Shown: one piece after another, positions 61,865-64,000 of the stretch
Position numbering within the stretch: position 1 is the first letter of the stretch
Layout: the number at the start of each line of letters is the position of its first letter
NCBI GenBank assembly: GCA_002256025.1
Contig: NKIB01010176.1
Span: forward strand, 1 to 64,000
Direction of reading: 5' to 3'
Source of the DNA: Asterionella formosa
Lineage: Eukaryota
DNA: 64,000 nucleotides
Notes under the pieces: generated by a model
Seen by the model: the letters and a program-made list of their open reading frames with translations, nothing else
Told to the model about the DNA's origin: nothing
Database searches by the model: none
Translations under genes and position numbers: made by a program

Positions 61865-62730
61865 GGGAACGTAGTCGTAAACAATTAAACTCCCAGTTAA
61901 ACCCGTAGTGGAAGCTAGCACTAGTACGGTAGTTCACTCTTACTCCAGCACTGTGCACAAAGCTAGCGACAATACCGGTACTGGTACTGGTACCAGGTAC
62001 CAGTAGCTTTGCTCGTATCGACTGGTACCCTGGTACCAGTACCTGGTACCAGGTAACTGGTACCAGGGTACGTGTATTCGGGGAATAGACCATTGTGTAT
62101 ATTTAGAGTACTTAATATGGAGTCACCACGAGTACATATACTATAGCACTATATTACAGTAAATAGAGGACCAAGTCTATTATTGGTAGGTATGTATATG
62201 TATAATACACAAATACCCGAAATGAAGTGAAAACAATCAATGTATAGCTAATGAAAAATAGTGAAAAAAGTAATGGAACTCCAGTAGTATGAAATCATGC
62301 ATCCTTGTAATAATAACCTAAATACATACTACTAGCTGCTGTGTATGACCACCAGTGTGGTGATGATCAGCAGATATCAATTGATTGGCAATCTAATCTG
62401 TGGCACTGTTCTATCTGGAATATATACCTCATACATTTTGTCAATTTGCAATGTAGCAGTGAAAAAATGCAGCTCAGAGTAGGGCAGTCATCATATCCCA
62501 CACAACGCTTTGCCAAGTAACAATACTCCACCTTTCTTACTCTATCCTGTTCAACCCTTATAACATTTTTAGCCGCCTTACAAACCTAATTCCAACTTTG
62601 CATTCCTACCACAGAACAAATAGTTTTTGGTGTAATAGAAAGGCTACAATACTGACAGAATTGCTTCCTCCCTCCTACTACCTCTTTGACGCACATCCTG
62701 CATCATTTCTGTTGGTTCATCAACTTGTTA
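61865..62730 (+). repeat. Dispersed ~1-kb repeat, copy B
   Basis: Direct, diverged copy of 50763-51778, with a differently expanded GGTACC cluster at 61974-62072. Confidence 0.85.
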
Positions 62731-64000
62731 ATTGTTGAAACTTCTTCAAACACCACATTTGAGGAATTTCTGGACTCTCAATCATCATTCTACATACTTG
62801 TCATTCCTGTTACCACCAATAATTACTATTAGTCAGGAGTCAAACTCCTTCAAGATGAGAGTCGACTGGCTGATGTCATCCACATTGGTTTCAAAACTAG
62901 GTGACATTGCATCTCGATCTGCTGGGAGGCAGTGCAACCCAAGTATATAGTTCCAAAAGCAAACTGGCAGCTCAGACTTTCCTCCTTCACCTGCTGTTGG
63001 TGTCCCATCACTCACACCTTCCTCTCCTTACCTGCAGGTAAGAAGTAGTCTACTGCCGCTGCTGCATACCGAGTACCAGGCACCAGGTACCTGGTACCAA
63101 TGGTACATGAATGAGGATGGGGTATAATTTTTGTGTACCGGTACTGGTATCAGGTACCAGGTGGTACCAGTACAGTGTAATAGCTAATATGTGCTCGTAC
63201 AGTGTATATTCCTATGATGATCGTGCGTACAGTTATGGTTTAATTAAACCAAAAAATTAAGCCGGCAGTGAAACCAGGTTTCATTTTTCGTATATCACAT
63301 ACTGTTGTAACACGGTCCTTCCACTTGTATTTTCATATCAATACCGTGCCAGTATTAAAATGGCCAAGTAGACACATACCAGATCCCTACAGGAAAATAC
63401 AACTTGGGTTTAATTTTACCAATTACAGTATGATATCCAAAAAACGCTAATTTATGTGCACCTAGGCGCGCTCTGATATAATAATAAAATATTATATCAT
63501 GTGTGTAGTACAACACAAATTATTTTGGTGATTTGATAGATAATATCGTTGTTGCACTCTGATAATTAAAATATTTTATAGGACATATCTGACATTTAAA
63601 TCTAAATCTAACTTTAATTTATAATATCTAAATTTTCATAGCTATGCGTTCTCTTGTGCGATATGCCTCCTCTTGTTCAATTTTAATTAAGTTTTTATCA
63701 TTTATTTGACACTCAACTAAAAAGGGCTAGTAAACTCTTGGATTATTGGTGAGAAGCTCTGAAGAAGTTCTTTGATGCAAGGGGAAAGGCAGAGATGAAA
63801 TTGTCGGCTTCCATTCTTGATAGGCAGTGTGAGTGATCAATTTCGTATGAATGGCCTTATAGCCGGTATGTTCCCAACATGTTTTTGAACTTTTTGGAAA
63901 CCAGTAAGGTGAAATCACCTTTTTCTTTCTACAAAATAGCTATAAGAAAAATCCCTTTTTTCTCTACAGAAATAGCTATAAGAATCAAACAAGCGATGCA

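Noticed and set aside
63920..63985. ~38-bp local duplication (TCTACA.AAATAGCTATAAGAA)
   Set aside because: It is an ordinary small duplication in AT-rich DNA at the window edge, with no context to interpret it.

Overview
This is eukaryotic nuclear DNA, most likely from a diatom (inferred). The evidence is short GT-AG introns, ASAFAP-like bipartite plastid presequences and diatom-type CoDi Copia, LINE and Harbinger remnants. About 14 intact, CpG-rich genes sit as islands among CpG-depleted, decayed transposons. The recognisable genes encode RPB12, an AFG2/SPATA5-like AAA+ ATPase, a MORN protein, a DnaJ protein, an NFACT-R protein, a protein kinase, a Zc3h12a/NYN-type PIN RNase, an EamA transporter, a Lon-N-like protein, a multi-pass membrane protein and RTF2; several others are hypothetical. 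There are two clear pseudogenes: a kinase paralog and an FkbM-like protein. The window also holds a tRNA-derived SINE-like head, a ~175-bp tandem array and a ~1-kb dispersed repeat. I found no convincing new multi-gene system. The most unusual unexplained signal is a recurrent palindromic TACC(W)GGTA/GGTACC motif, found in dense clusters mostly just upstream of gene starts. All family assignments come from motif recognition by eye, not from database searches.
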